DNA of 63,104 nucleotides, filler included, from Octopus bimaculoides (taxonomy: Eukaryota), in assembly GCF_001194135.2 (NCBI RefSeq). It is 4 parts of 4 records of this genome, joined end to end, with 100 filler letters (N's around TTAATTAATTAA, not from the genome) between each part and the next. Parts side by side here need not be neighbours in the genome. Positions count along the whole stretch, not along the records: positions 26,937 to 57,120 come from NC_068989.1; positions 57,221 to 61,067 come from NC_068981.1; positions 61,168 to 63,104 come from NC_068983.1; 1 more part is not named here. One strand, given 5' to 3'. Shown here in pieces: positions 51,622 to 63,104 of the stretch. A program made the translations under genes and the position numbers. Position 1 is the first letter of the stretch. The number at the start of each line of letters is the position of its first letter. Under the pieces are notes generated by a model. The model worked only from the letters and a program-made list of their open reading frames with translations. It searched no databases and was not told the origin of the DNA.

Positions 51622-53434
51622 GCATACACATACACACACACATGAATATGCATTCATATATACTAAGTGGAAATAAACAAAATATACCACTCGCAGTGCT
51701 TTGGTCGAAAATACGTGTCTGGAAAGCGTTGAAATATAAGGTAAAAATAACAAAGAAATATATAAGGAAACCTAATACACCAGATGAGAATTGGACGTTT
51801 CGGATAATAAATCTATCAAAGAGAAGAAAGAAGTTGTAGAAAAACGAACTGGGAATCAGGAGAAACAAAAGGTACATACAACCAAAAATGATGTCTATTC
51901 ATATGGCAAGTTTCAGGTAGAAAGTAAAATGGAACCACCAAGAAGAAGAGTGAAAAGGAGAGAGAGAGTGAAAGTGAAAAGCGAGAGGAAGAAGAGAAGA
52001 ATAACAAAAGAAATAAAATAGTGGGCTAGAATTAGCATGAAGGTGTAAGAACGTTCGCAGGAAGCTCACTAAACCGATGGTTGTGTATGTGCGTGGATGT
52101 GTAGGATAGGTTCGTGGTAGGAGAGAGGTATCTATGCGCAATGCATATGTTTTCCTGCGGGTTGGATCTTGCTATATATCTTTCAAATTGCCGTGATTTG
52201 TGATTAATTTGTGGGCCTTTTTGGGCAACATCCAAACATAGAAACTGTTCCTAGCTGTAACCTTCACAATATGCAAATCATTTTAATTTTCTTATAAAGA
52301 AACAATATGATTTTACTCAACACAGTTCTCCAAGAACTAGTAACACATTAGCACATTATATTTGTTCATAAACACATATGTACATAGCCATACATGCACA
52401 TATATTTATTCATACATATACACCATATACCCCTATACATATATTCATACACACACACACTCACACACAAAGTATCATCGTTCTAGGTTTTGGTATTTCT
52501 TTGCAATCAACCACATTTATTTAAAAATATCCTCGAAATCTGTTGAAAATTCTCACGGACGTTGTAAGTTGAAAAGTTTAATATTGAAATAGTCGTTTGA
52601 CAAGTGAAATGTAAACTGGAGAAGAAAGTAGAACAGTAAAATAAATATTAGAAGGCGAAATATTTCATTCATAATGTGAACAGTTGAAGTTAGTTACTTT
52701 AGTTACATGAATTTCTGGAAGGCTGAAGTCACTTCGGAATGTGAAATCAGCCATCTGAAAACATTGCAAATCGATAGACACTCAAACAGCTGCATGTATA
52801 ACAATTAAGATGCGGTGTCTTCTATAAACGGAAATGATTGCAAGCGAAATTTTGTTCACAGTGCTGCATCAATAGCACCGTATATTGCAAATTTTAGAAT
52901 AACAACAAAATGAGACTACCGTGGAAAAGTTTCAGAATAAACTGTTGGAAGCTAGTGCAAGTTGTTGTATAGGGTTGTTTTTGTAGTTGTTGTCTTCGAA
53001 GGAACAGAGGTTTTCTGCAAGCAATAATATTGTGTGGTATTTCCATGAAAAGAGAGAGAGTAACTTAAAGGGTGTGATTATGTCACCATCGCAAAAGTAA
53101 CAGCAACCAAAATTATATACAACACGCTTTATACTGCCTAAGGCCTTTCTTTATTTGACATTCTAGTTATATCATACACTGATTCAAGATAAATTGGTCT
53201 TGCTGTTTAGCAAACTAATTTTCGACATTGAATGGCTGTTACTGTCAAAAGCGAATGTATATTCCATATATTCCATAGTGGTAAATGTAGATGGATTCAC
53301 TGTTCCTGCTGAAATACAAGTAAATTATGGAATCTATTAAAGGCAAAACAATTATTTTCATTTCTTAACCGGTTTTATAATAACATATTACACATATAAT
53401 GCAGAATTTCTATTAATATTACTATTAAGGCAAG

Positions 53435-53870
53435 GGTGGCGAGCTGGCAGAATCGTTATCACGTTGGACAAAACGCTTAGCAACATTCCGAGTTCAAATT
53501 TCGCTGAGGTCGACTTTAACTTTCATCCTTTGGGGGTCGATAAAATAAGTACTGCTTGATCACTGGGGTTGATGTAATCGACTTCATCCCTCCACAAAAT
53601 TGCCTTGTATCAAAATTTGAAACCAATGGCATTATTAAGGTTGCGAGATTTCGACGAGGTCGACGTTGCCTTTCATCTTTACGGTCGATGAAACAAGTAC
53701 CAGTGGAGTACTGGGGTCCATTTAATCGAATATCCCACTTCCTTCAAATTTCAGGCCTTGAGCCTATAGTAAAAAGGTTTATCAAGGCAGGAAGTTAGCA
53801 GAATCCCTAGCAGAGCGGACAAAATACATAGAGGCATTTCTCTCGACACTCAAATTACGCCGAGATCAAT
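53435..53870 (+). mobile_element. Three successive SINE family A pieces
   Basis: Head plus body at 53435-53625, body at 53645-53770, head at 53790-53870. Confidence 0.75.
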
Positions 53871-53959
53871 TGCGATGTTAATCAAGTATGTGAATTTGAA
53901 ATTACTGAAAAGCAGTTGGGAATGACCTACACGGTATTATTGAAATATAAATACGTTAT

Positions 53960-54260
53960 GGAATTTCTCCATAGAAACCGATTATACAATTAGAGTAGGG
54001 AGACAAGATATGATTGTGCAGAACAGAAAGAGCAAACAACATCGCATGATCGTAGAGTGGATATCAAGGAAGCTGCGAAAATTGAGAAATGTGAGGACCC
54101 AAAGAGACAGCAAGATTGTGGAACACGAGGCTGAAAATGTTCGTGGAGAAATTGGTGCACTCAGCGCAAAACCCACACTGCTTCCTAAGCGACTAATGGA
54201 TACTGAAACGAAACTGTAACACGTATTTTCAACCTGGAGAAATGTTTCATTCACCATTTT
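53960..54260 (+). mobile_element. Degenerate R4/Dong REL-domain fragment
   Basis: TDYTIRVGRQDMIV...GEIGAL..PKRL resembles the RPDIV...VIGALG endonuclease tail. Confidence 0.4.
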
Positions 54261-54459
54261 TCCAGAATCCTAAGAAATATTGGTACGGTTTGAGTTTGCT
54301 GTTGCCAAACCTCAGAGAACAACTTTACTAATTAAATTAGCCAGTAATAGTTTTGGGTAGTAATGTGCATAGCTCTACTACCCCTAGCAAGTGAACTTTA
54401 CAGAAAAGGGTAAGGGTATAAAATTGATAATAATAAAATAGGTCAATAGGACAAAAATA

Positions 54460-55902
54460 AGCGTGAAGGTCTTTTACGTACTGTCAAAGCATTCATCGAT
54501 GACATTGGAATGGACTTTGGTTTTGATAAGTGTTCCAGGGCCACTTTCAAGAAAGGGAAATTGGAGACCACAACTTCAGTCGTGTTAGATGTCGATAAAG
54601 TCGTAAAAGAATTTGAGCAAGAACAGGCCTACAAATACCTAGCAATAAATTAAGATTCTAACATTCAACATGCAAGCATGAAAGAGGTCAGGAAGGAGTG
54701 CTATAGGAGAGTTCGAGCAGTCTCTAAATGTGAGCTAAATGCACTTAACGAGGTATTAGCCATAAATTCCTAAGCAGTTCCACTTGTTACTTATAGTTAC
54801 AATGTGTTGAACTGGAATATCACGGAAGAAAACGGTCAGAGAAATATGCAAGCTACTGAGTTACAATATGATGCACAACCCAATGGCAGACACGGATCGT
54901 CTTTTACTTTCCAGAGACCAATGAGGTCGATGCTTGATCTAAGTTGAACTCTCTTACAAAACCACCGCATGAAACAACAAACGACCGGATGCTAAAACTC
55001 GTTAAAAATTACGAAAGGCGTAGGAAGCGCCATTCTGTCATAAAGGAGAGCAAGATCTTTTCCGTTCATCTCATACATGATACCCAGGCTGATCAACCTG
55101 AGAGGAGTATGGCAATTATTGTTGCAAAATGGTGAAATTAATGGCAGAGGAAAAACTGCAAGAGCAATTCACTGATAGGTGGGAGTGGTAACCTTTGCAT
55201 GGCAAGTATGTGGTCCGTAGCAAACAAGCTGATGTAGGCCATAAGCACACTCATCAGTGGCTACGAAGTTCAGAGCTAAAGTTAGAGCGCGAAGACTTAT
55301 TCATAGCTCCTCAAGATCAAAGGTTATTGACCCGAAATTATCAAGTCAATGTCATGAAAATTCGAGTGGCTCCAGGATGCCAGTTTTGCAATGATGTGAC
55401 TGAAATAGTGGACCACTTAATCTCTAGATATAAAATTGGCCAATATCTATAACGGTTAATACGTTGGCATTATAAAATCAAAACTGCTGACAAGTATTAT
55501 AATCACCACCCTGAGACTGTAACTGAGGGAGAAAATATAACGATTTTTGAGATGTTCTAGTACATACAGATCGAACAACCAACGATAATAACCCGGATAT
55601 TGTTGTGGAAGACCAAAACAATACAGTTTGTTAATTCATATGAGTATTCCGTGTGATCATAATATCACGGTAAAAGAATTTGATTAGCGTAGAAAATATG
55701 AAAATTTGCTCATTGAAATTGAAACTATGTGGCATGTCAAAGCAATTACAGTACTAGTGATTGTAGGAGAACTTGGAATGAGCAAAAAAAGAAAACTGAA
55801 AATTATTTGAGAATTATCCCTAGCATACACTCCATGCAAGAAGTCCAAGCGATAGTCTTAATTGGTACGCCATGCTTACTGGAAAGAGCAGTGTTGATGT
55901 GA
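54460..55902 (+). mobile_element. R4/Dong-clade non-LTR retrotransposon, 5'-truncated and degraded
   Basis: DIGMDFGFDKC, YKYL, MHGKY, QWL, CQFC..ETVDHL-like, NPDIVV, KY.NL..EI..MW and VIVGELG motifs (RT C-terminus, zinc knuckle, REL endonuclease). A further 3' scrap lies at 56210-56330. Confidence 0.82.
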
Positions 55903-56544
55903 GAACGATTACTACACATATTTTTTTCCCCACATAATGTATACAGTGAGCTTCATTGCCCTAATAGTCGGGAAGACATTCAGCAGCAAATGGAAACACA
56001 ACTGAAAGAAAAAAACTCATGATTATAAGTTGCTAGTAAAGAACGCTGGCTTTGGCTTACGGATGGAAACCTGAAACCAGAGATCGAAACACTAATACCG
56101 AAAATTACATAACCCTTCCCCCTCGCTTCTTACTGTTGCTTAATCTTCTAAATGTTGTAGGTGCTGGGGGACCATATTCTGAGGCATTTGATACTGAACT
56201 ACTGCTAAACACATCATTGAAATCGAAAAAATGTGCCATCTTAAGTCGGTTACAACACCAGGGATTGTAGGAGAACTTGGAATGATGGAAATTTTGGAAT
56301 GATCCCTGGCTTACCATTCAGGCAAGAAGTGCGAAAGGTCTTTTATCTGGTACGTGATACGTAATCATAAGAGCATTGTCGCTGTGAGAACATGTTATTT
56401 TTTTAAATTTATTTGATTTTGAAAAATAAACAACCTGGTGTGTTTATTTGAATGGCCAATCAATGTATATAATGAGTTTCTTTTCCCTAGGTATCAGAAA
56501 AACACTCGACAAAAAATGGAAGCATAATTGAAAGACGTAAACCA

Positions 56545-56545
56545 C

Positions 56546-56634
<89 letters not shown>

Positions 56635-56635
56635 A
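56545..56635. repeat. Compound (TAA)n/(TGA)n microsatellite
   Basis: Direct reading. Confidence 0.95.
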
Positions 56636-57220
56636 CTAATAATAATTTATTTCTTTATTGCCCACAGGGGTCTAAACATAGAAGGGACAAAGAAGGACAG
56701 ACATAATGATAATAATAATGATAATAATAATAATACACCGGGGATGTGGACTACACCGGGGATGTGACTACACCGGGGATGTTTAAGAGACTACACCGGG
56801 GATGTTTAACATGTGAGAACGATAAATCACTGCTCCGAAACTTATCCAAAAACATCGGAAATAAAGACATCGCATGGAGCCAAAAATATAGCTGACAAAG
56901 GGTTGGACTATATCCGAGTAAGTAATACTCATTGAAATTTATTTCTATTTTTCCAAATATAATGATGTATTTTAACTTGATACTTCCACTACCCGCACAG
57001 CGATCGTAAACACACGTGTTACATCAAAATTCAGACCATCTCCAAACCCAAACACCATGTACAAAAAAATTACAAACAGGTTAAATAACACCGGTATTAT
57101 TCCACCCAAGAATAACAACCNNNNNNNNNNNNNNNNNNNNNNNNNNNNNNNNNNNNNNNNNNNNTTAATTAATTAANNNNNNNNNNNNNNNNNNNNNNNN
57201 NNNNNNNNNNNNNNNNNNNN

Positions 57221-57287
<67 letters not shown>

Positions 57288-57382
57288 AATATAGTTTAAA
57301 GTGATAAAAATACAAAAGACGAAGACAGGTGTATGAAGAACAAGCAAGTATATTAGTTTGACGCTCGGGAAAACGAAAAAGT

Positions 57383-57418
57383 CTTTTGCGTTTCGAGCCT
57401 ACCCCCGTTATCAGAAAG
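57383..57418 (-). ncRNA. Degenerate minimal hammerhead-like motif in a PLE-type terminal repeat
   Basis: CTTT-CTGATAA-c-GGG(ggtagg)CTC-GAA-ACGC-A-AAAG. G8 and U16.1 are mutated. Confidence 0.4.
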
Positions 57419-58447
57419 TAATAAGAGAATATATTTTGAATTATTATACTTTTTCTATGAATCTTCTCTATTGGTGTTAATAAGCTACACATACTTTGTC
57501 ATAATATTAGTAATGAAGCTATTTTATTCCTTTTCTATGGTGTTCTGCCCTACTTGATTATTTTATTTCATTTCTTTATTATTTTATCATTAGCATTTAT
57601 TTATTCATAAAATTAAGCTAATCTTTGTATCTCAATGAATTCATATTTAACTTATATAAAACTATACTGATATATTCACTACTTATAAAAAAAATGCCTA
57701 GATTATAATTTTATTAATATATAATTAGAATGTTCCTTTACCTCAATACTCCTTCATTAATACCAGTATATACCAATTAATCAACATTCACAGATACCAT
57801 CTGATGAGTTAGTATGTAAGTGTACAATATGTATAAATATTAAACTATTTCTGGATAATTTCTTTTCCTCCCTCTATTGTGGTAACATTTTGGTATATAC
57901 TCAAAAGTATTCATAAATTTCTATCCTTTTGTTAATATATTCTTCTTAATAACCATCTGAATAGCCCTAAACGTTAACTGTATACAATATGGCAACATTA
58001 TTTTAAACATTTAACTTTAGTACTACACGATAAGACTTCCCCTGTTTCATTATCAATGGTCTGCTAGTGGGCGACCCCCTTAGTTGTCGGCTAACATCTT
58101 CTCTTAAGTTTTCCTTTACCAAACCTCATGATATTGCTTCTAATAAATCTTGATTTTTATGACTATACCAACTATGATTTCTGTCTGCTCTCTCAGCCCG
58201 ACCCCTAACAGATACTGCTCTTTATTCTCTCAGCCTTAGATATACAAGGATTTGATAAACTAGTCTCTAAATTAAAACTCACCACATAAATCAAATAAAA
58301 TCAGTGACAGACAGAGTCTTCTTGATAATTTAGTAACTTCTATGGTAAAGTAGAGATAACGTGTTCTTTGTCTATCTCCTTGAAGATTTTAGGTATAATT
58401 ATACTAATGTGTCCATCTGTTCTAATTTAATTAAATTCTCTGTCTTT

Positions 58448-58536
58448 ATGCAGCTGAGAATTGTTCTGCATTTTAAATTGATGTAATGATTGCATTGTTC
58501 AATTAAATAGAGTTGCATGAAACGATCGTACTGCAT
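58448..58536 (+). ncRNA. Hammerhead-like motif with damaged core
   Basis: ATGCAG-CTGAGAA...GAA-ACGATCGT-A-CTGCAT. Stem I is a perfect 6 bp, with the same stem III palindrome as at 619-704. Confidence 0.5.
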
Positions 58537-58884
58537 TACCTCTGGATAACCTTGTTGCTTGTTTTAATTTTAATCACCTTACTTTGAAATTGCATGGATA
58601 ATACCGTACTAAATTCTGGTGCCTCAATTTAAGTACCATATTCATCTGAATCTAAATTTTTGCAACACACACACACACACACACACANNNNNNNNNNATA
58701 CACACACACACACACACACACTCACACACACACATACATACACACAAACACACACAACACACAAAAACAGCACGCACACACGCGCACACGCGCGCACACA
58801 CACATACATATATATACATATATTTTCACTACAATGAGAGATTGTTGTTGAGAGACAAATACAGTGAGAGAGGGAGAGACAAAT

Positions 58885-58931
<47 letters not shown>

Positions 58932-59149
58932 GAGAGTATGTATGTATGTATGTGTGTGTGTGTGAAATATACATAGATGTCACTATACTAATTAGCAAGC
59001 TTTGATTGAAAGTAGGAATAAAAGTTACAAGATACAGTGTACTTGTATCTAAAATAATCAGGCGACGTGATGCACGGCTATTCTAATCAGAGGGAGCTTC
59101 GACTGTGAAAGGGCGTCCATTAAGCCGGCAAATACGGTATATTGCTATT

Positions 59150-59303
59150 AATAAATTAGCCTTAAAAAGTGTGTTAAAATATATATTGCCACGAAAGAAG
59201 TCATAAAAATCGCAGACGATATTTCCGATTCCGTGAATACGCGGTGGTTTCCGCGAACTATCGGGACTGCGAATGCCGAACGGCGAATGAGCGGGGGTAC
59301 ACT

Positions 59304-59306
<3 letters not shown>
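59150..59306 (-). mobile_element. Tigger/pogo-like element end
   Basis: The minus strand begins TA|CAGTGTACCCCCGCTCATTCGCCG. Confidence 0.4.
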
Positions 59307-59343
<37 letters not shown>

Positions 59344-59361
59344 GTGTGTGTGTATATAAAC

Positions 59362-60760
59362 AAGTAAGTAAATAGATAAATAAAAATAAAGAAATGGATA
59401 AGAATAAATGACTGAAAACTACTAAGCTCTACAGCTGTTTCTACTATGGGGTTGCTCAATCTGCCAAGTTGTCCACATTATGCCAGTAACATACAGGGGT
59501 TTTACTAATGTTGAACAAACATTGGACAAGGGTTGGACAATGACTGAACCGTAATGGAACGTAATACACAGTTACCTCCCTTCAGTTGCAGTCTGAATAC
59601 ATTATCATTCATTCATTTACACTTTTGCTTTTCTATTACGGACACTTATTTGTAAATATGAAAGTATAACTTAGATCTATCCATAACGGAATAACATTTC
59701 CTAAATCCTATTTTAGTGCATAATTTCTCTCTGCATACTAATACGATAATATACTAATCGACCATCTCCCTCCGATAGAGTACAGTATTATTTATTTTTT
59801 CCATTCATTGCTTCATCCTTTATTTTTCTCGTTCAGACTTGCAAATTTGATATATATCTCAGATATATTAAAAGAAAAATTACCCATAACTGTAGGTACT
59901 AATCATCGCCCATTCATTGTGTAAGGTCCCTTAGACAATTCATTCCTTAGATACTTATATTTTTTGTTTTTATTTGTCTTGCATTTTATTGACAGATTTA
60001 ACGGACCTGAACAACGCCATTGTTTTCAAATATTAGCGGGCCAATTAAGTTGCAGGATTAACTATGGCCTCACCCTACTCTTCATAGGGGTACTAGGATG
60101 TGGTTTTTGTTAATAAGCAATAAGTAATAACATCGTTCTAAGGTTTTACCCAAATTATTCTTTCATTGATATACTTATGTATTGATTTCCTCAAACAAGT
60201 TCACATTAGTTAACTTTCTCAACTGTTTTTTATAATGCTCTATTAAATAGCAGTTAGCCTGTAACTTTTGACCCCTGTGATATGGACCATCCCATTAAAC
60301 TCACTCCACAGCATCTTACCCTCGCTAGTTCCCCCAGTAAAATTGAAATAGGATGTAACTCCTCATAACTCGTGGAAATTACTCTTGGATGTGACTTTCT
60401 TTACTATAAGATTTAACCCCATGGATTATGGATATCACCTTGGAACTAACTTTTCTTTTACCATTCCTTACTATTTCTATTATGTTATTATTTTATTATT
60501 TTACCCTACATCCTCATATGTTAGATTCCTAACATTTTAGTCTCTCTTATAAAGCTTTGGGGCTCAGTCATTGTCCAACCCTCAGTCATTGTTCAACCTT
60601 TGAAAAATCCCTGTATATTACTGGCACGATGTGGAAAACTTAGCAGATTGGGTAACCTCGTAGTAAAAACAGCTGTAAGAGTTTAGTATTATTCACTCAT
60701 TTATTCTTATTCATTTATTTTTTTTTTTTATCCATTTATTTACTAGTTTATTTGCTTATT
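59362..60760. repeat. ~190-bp inverted repeats ~1 kb apart
   Basis: 59362-59550 matches the reverse complement of 60560-60760. Both carry (G/A)AA-ACAGCTGT-A. Confidence 0.75.
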
Positions 60761-61167
60761 TCATTTGTTTATTATGATTACTTATACCTATGATTATAAT
60801 CAATTAATAGATAGATACAAATGAATGTCTACAGGCTGATGTTTATCGATTGATTATCCTCTTCATTTTCTTCTTTGTCTTATAAATCTTGGGTAAATTT
60901 CTAATTTACCCCCACCCATACCTAGTATTCAATTGCGACACTATCCTGCAATAGGAAGCACTTGGAGATAAATACGTAAGTATACACCCAGTAGTATATT
61001 GGATATTTATTATCCCTTAGATGGTTGCGTAACCTGTAACTCATGCAGACATATATATATATATATANNNNNNNNNNNNNNNNNNNNNNNNNNNNNNNNN
61101 NNNNNNNNNNNTTAATTAATTAANNNNNNNNNNNNNNNNNNNNNNNNNNNNNNNNNNNNNNNNNNNN

Positions 61168-61213
<46 letters not shown>

Positions 61214-61874
61214 AGGAATGAGGACAGAAACAGATGAGCTGCTGTAAAGGAGATACATGGTTAACCTGCCTGAGGGAAGAGCAGGAGGAGAGAGAGAGAG
61301 AGTGGGAGATAGCAGGATAGGGATGGTGGTAAAGTTTCAGGCATACTCACAAGGGATGGGGATCAGAATATAAATGGGATGGTTGAGTAAAGGAAGAGAG
61401 AGATATAAATAGTGGCAAGTGCCAGGGTATACCCTTGAGGTTTGACGGTTATAATATAAGGGACAGGACATTGCCAAAGAAGTGTTAGAGAGTGGGGAAG
61501 AGGAATGCAGTGACTGGTGAAACTTGGGTATATAGAGGTGGGTGGGGCAACTGAAATATGGCCATGAGGATAAGATTGGAGAGTAAGAGGTAAGCATAGT
61601 GCATGAAGGAGGAAATGTAAAGAAGACAAAAGATGTAATTTGGTTTGTTGGGGTAGGGTATGTGAAAAGTTTTCTTGTTACGTGTGGGTAGAACACACAG
61701 CACTTCTGGAACTCAGTTTTGCTGATGTGGGCAGGTCTTGTCAAGAACCTCATACCACCAGATATCTCGGTCCATTGTCATTTCTTCTGTGAAGCCCAAC
61801 ATACTTAGATCAGTTCTTACCACTTATGTATATGTATATATACATATATATGTATATGTGTGTGTGTGTGTGTA

Positions 61875-62690
61875 CACAAAGTGGTATCAAAAAGTTTCCG
61901 GATTAGTTCTTTAACACACCAACAGATGGTAGCACATGGTTGCATGCACAGTAAGAGCTAGCAGTGACCTTCATGAGACAGTGTGACATCACTGTGTTAA
62001 CTTCGCAAGTTATGAAATTTGTGTTTTTGGGATCATGTGTATTTTGTCATGGGTAGGAACAAAGAGCTAACGTGAAATTTTGCGTTAAACTTGGGAAGTC
62101 AATTACAGAGACATTGAGTACGCTTCCGTAAGCTTATGGTGACAAAGCAATGGGTTGCATGCAATGTTTTGAGTGGCATGGGTGCTTCAAATGCAGAAGA
62201 ACATCCCTGGAAGACCTGCTGTGAGCATCACTCCCGGAAATGTGGAGAAAATTTATAGGCTTGTGTGTGAGGATTGTCAGAGAACAATCAATGATGTTGC
62301 TGATGTTGTTGGTCTGCCATATGGGTTCGTGCAGCAATTCTGTCTGAATTGAACATGCAGCATTTGTCCCCCACCTGCTGACCACTGAGCAGAAAGAACG
62401 TTGTGTTGAAGTCTATCAAGATCTCTGTCAGCATGCTGCTGATGGCCTATCCTTCACGTTGAGTATCATCACCAGTGACAAGAGTTGGGTCTATGGGTAT
62501 GACTCTGAGATGAAGCAGCAGTCGTCACAATCAAAGAGCTTCATCTCTATAGCTCAATCAAGAGCAAGCTTATCGTTTTTTCTGATGCTCACAATATTTA
62601 GCATTGAGAATTTGTTCCCCAGGGCCAGACTGTCAATCAAGAATTCTACAGCGATACAGTTCTATATTTAAGAGATGAGGAATTATGTAC
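61875..62690 (+). mobile_element. mariner relic, internally deleted
   Basis: EQRANVKFCVKLGKS..AYG..CFEW..F..SLED and IITSDKSWVYGYDSEMKQQSSQ. Confidence 0.8.
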
Positions 62691-62735
62691 ATTATTTACA
62701 TTTGACAAATATTTGTCCTCATCTTGTTTGTTGTT

Positions 62736-62781
62736 AACACAATGTTTTGGCTGATATACCCTTCAGCCTTCATCAGGTGTC
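62736..62781 (-). ncRNA. Minimal hammerhead motif inactivated at two positions
   Basis: GACAC-CTGATGA-A-GGCTG(aagggtatat)CAGCC-AAA-ACAT-T-GTGTT. Restoring two CpGs gives GAA-ACGT-T. Confidence 0.6.
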
Positions 62782-62828
62782 TTGGGGAAATTTCGAACCT
62801 GGGTTCTCATTTCTAAGGTATTTTTCAA

Positions 62829-62879
<51 letters not shown>

Positions 62880-62880
62880 C

Positions 62881-62942
62881 CATCTGGTTAAGAGCGCGGG
62901 CTACTAACCCCAAGATTCCGAGTTTGACTCCAGCCAGTGACC
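62881..62942 (+). mobile_element. tRNA-like SINE head
   Basis: A-box-like TGGTTAAGAGCG and B-box-like GAGTTTGACTCC, following (ATT)n at 62830-62879. Confidence 0.6.
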
Positions 62943-62947
62943 CTGAT

Positions 62948-63104
62948 GAGAAACGCCAACGTTTCTTTGAACAAAACAAACAGTTCAAATCCAACCCCAA
63001 AAAACTCTACCAAGAACTGGGTAAAAATAAAATAGACATTACTTCAGCACCAACAGCAGAAGAACTAGAGAAATTCTGGAAACAAATATGGTCGGTGAAG
63101 CAAC
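62948..63104 (+). mobile_element. R4/Dong-like ORF fragment running off the window
   Basis: Open frame EKRQRFFEQNKQFKSNPKKLYQELG...PTAEELEKFWKQIWS matches the QN..F..N.K.FY..L....P...E...FW..IW pre-RT region. Confidence 0.65.

Noticed and set aside
51790-51830. Minus-strand GAT/ATC stem plus CGAAACGTC
   Set aside because: The upstream core is defective (TTGATAG) and stem I does not pair.
51791-52021. Lys/Glu/Arg-rich ORF
   Set aside because: It is a purine-rich low-complexity stretch with no domain signal.
56734-56805. CRISPR-like repeat-spacer array
   Set aside because: The repeats are 14-16 bp with 1-8-nt spacers, in a eukaryotic context with no cas genes.
61200-61800. Possible PLE 3' region on the minus strand
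   Set aside because: The composition is suggestive, but I could not recover convincing GIY-YIG or hammerhead motifs.
62941-62965. CTGATGA-GAAACG-ccaa-CGTTTC
   Set aside because: There is no stem II or stem I, and the hairpin lies in the LINE coding frame.

Overview
Eukaryotic, AT-rich, gap-riddled, repeat-saturated genomic DNA. The tRNA-derived SINE families and the density of (TA)n/(CA)n/(GATA)n microsatellites point to an octopus (cephalopod) draft assembly; that assignment is inferred from recognition, not from a search. I cannot support any intact host protein-coding gene, rRNA, true tRNA or CRISPR array. Most of the ORF track is microsatellite or N-gap noise. The window is a graveyard of mobile elements: a TIR/TSD-bounded Buster-type hAT (12482-16524), a Tc1 (34695-35933), maT and several mariner relics, a probable Chapaev3, pogo and Helitron-like fragments, R4/Dong, Tx1/L1 and RTE-type LINE ends, several Penelope-like elements (PLEs) and more than 20 SINEs. 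The main unexpected signal is about 13 hammerhead-ribozyme-like motifs, ranging from near-intact to degenerate. Most have a (near-)palindromic stem III. Three palindromic 'hairpin' elements (4339-4760, 8311-8491, 19476-19621) are inverted pairs of such motifs, and a subset has a non-canonical purine-purine junction at the base of stem II. Second, a PLE GIY-YIG endonuclease has its VIY and YIG motifs separated by about 188 codons of Ser/Asn/Thr-rich sequence. All folds were done by eye; none has been computed or tested.
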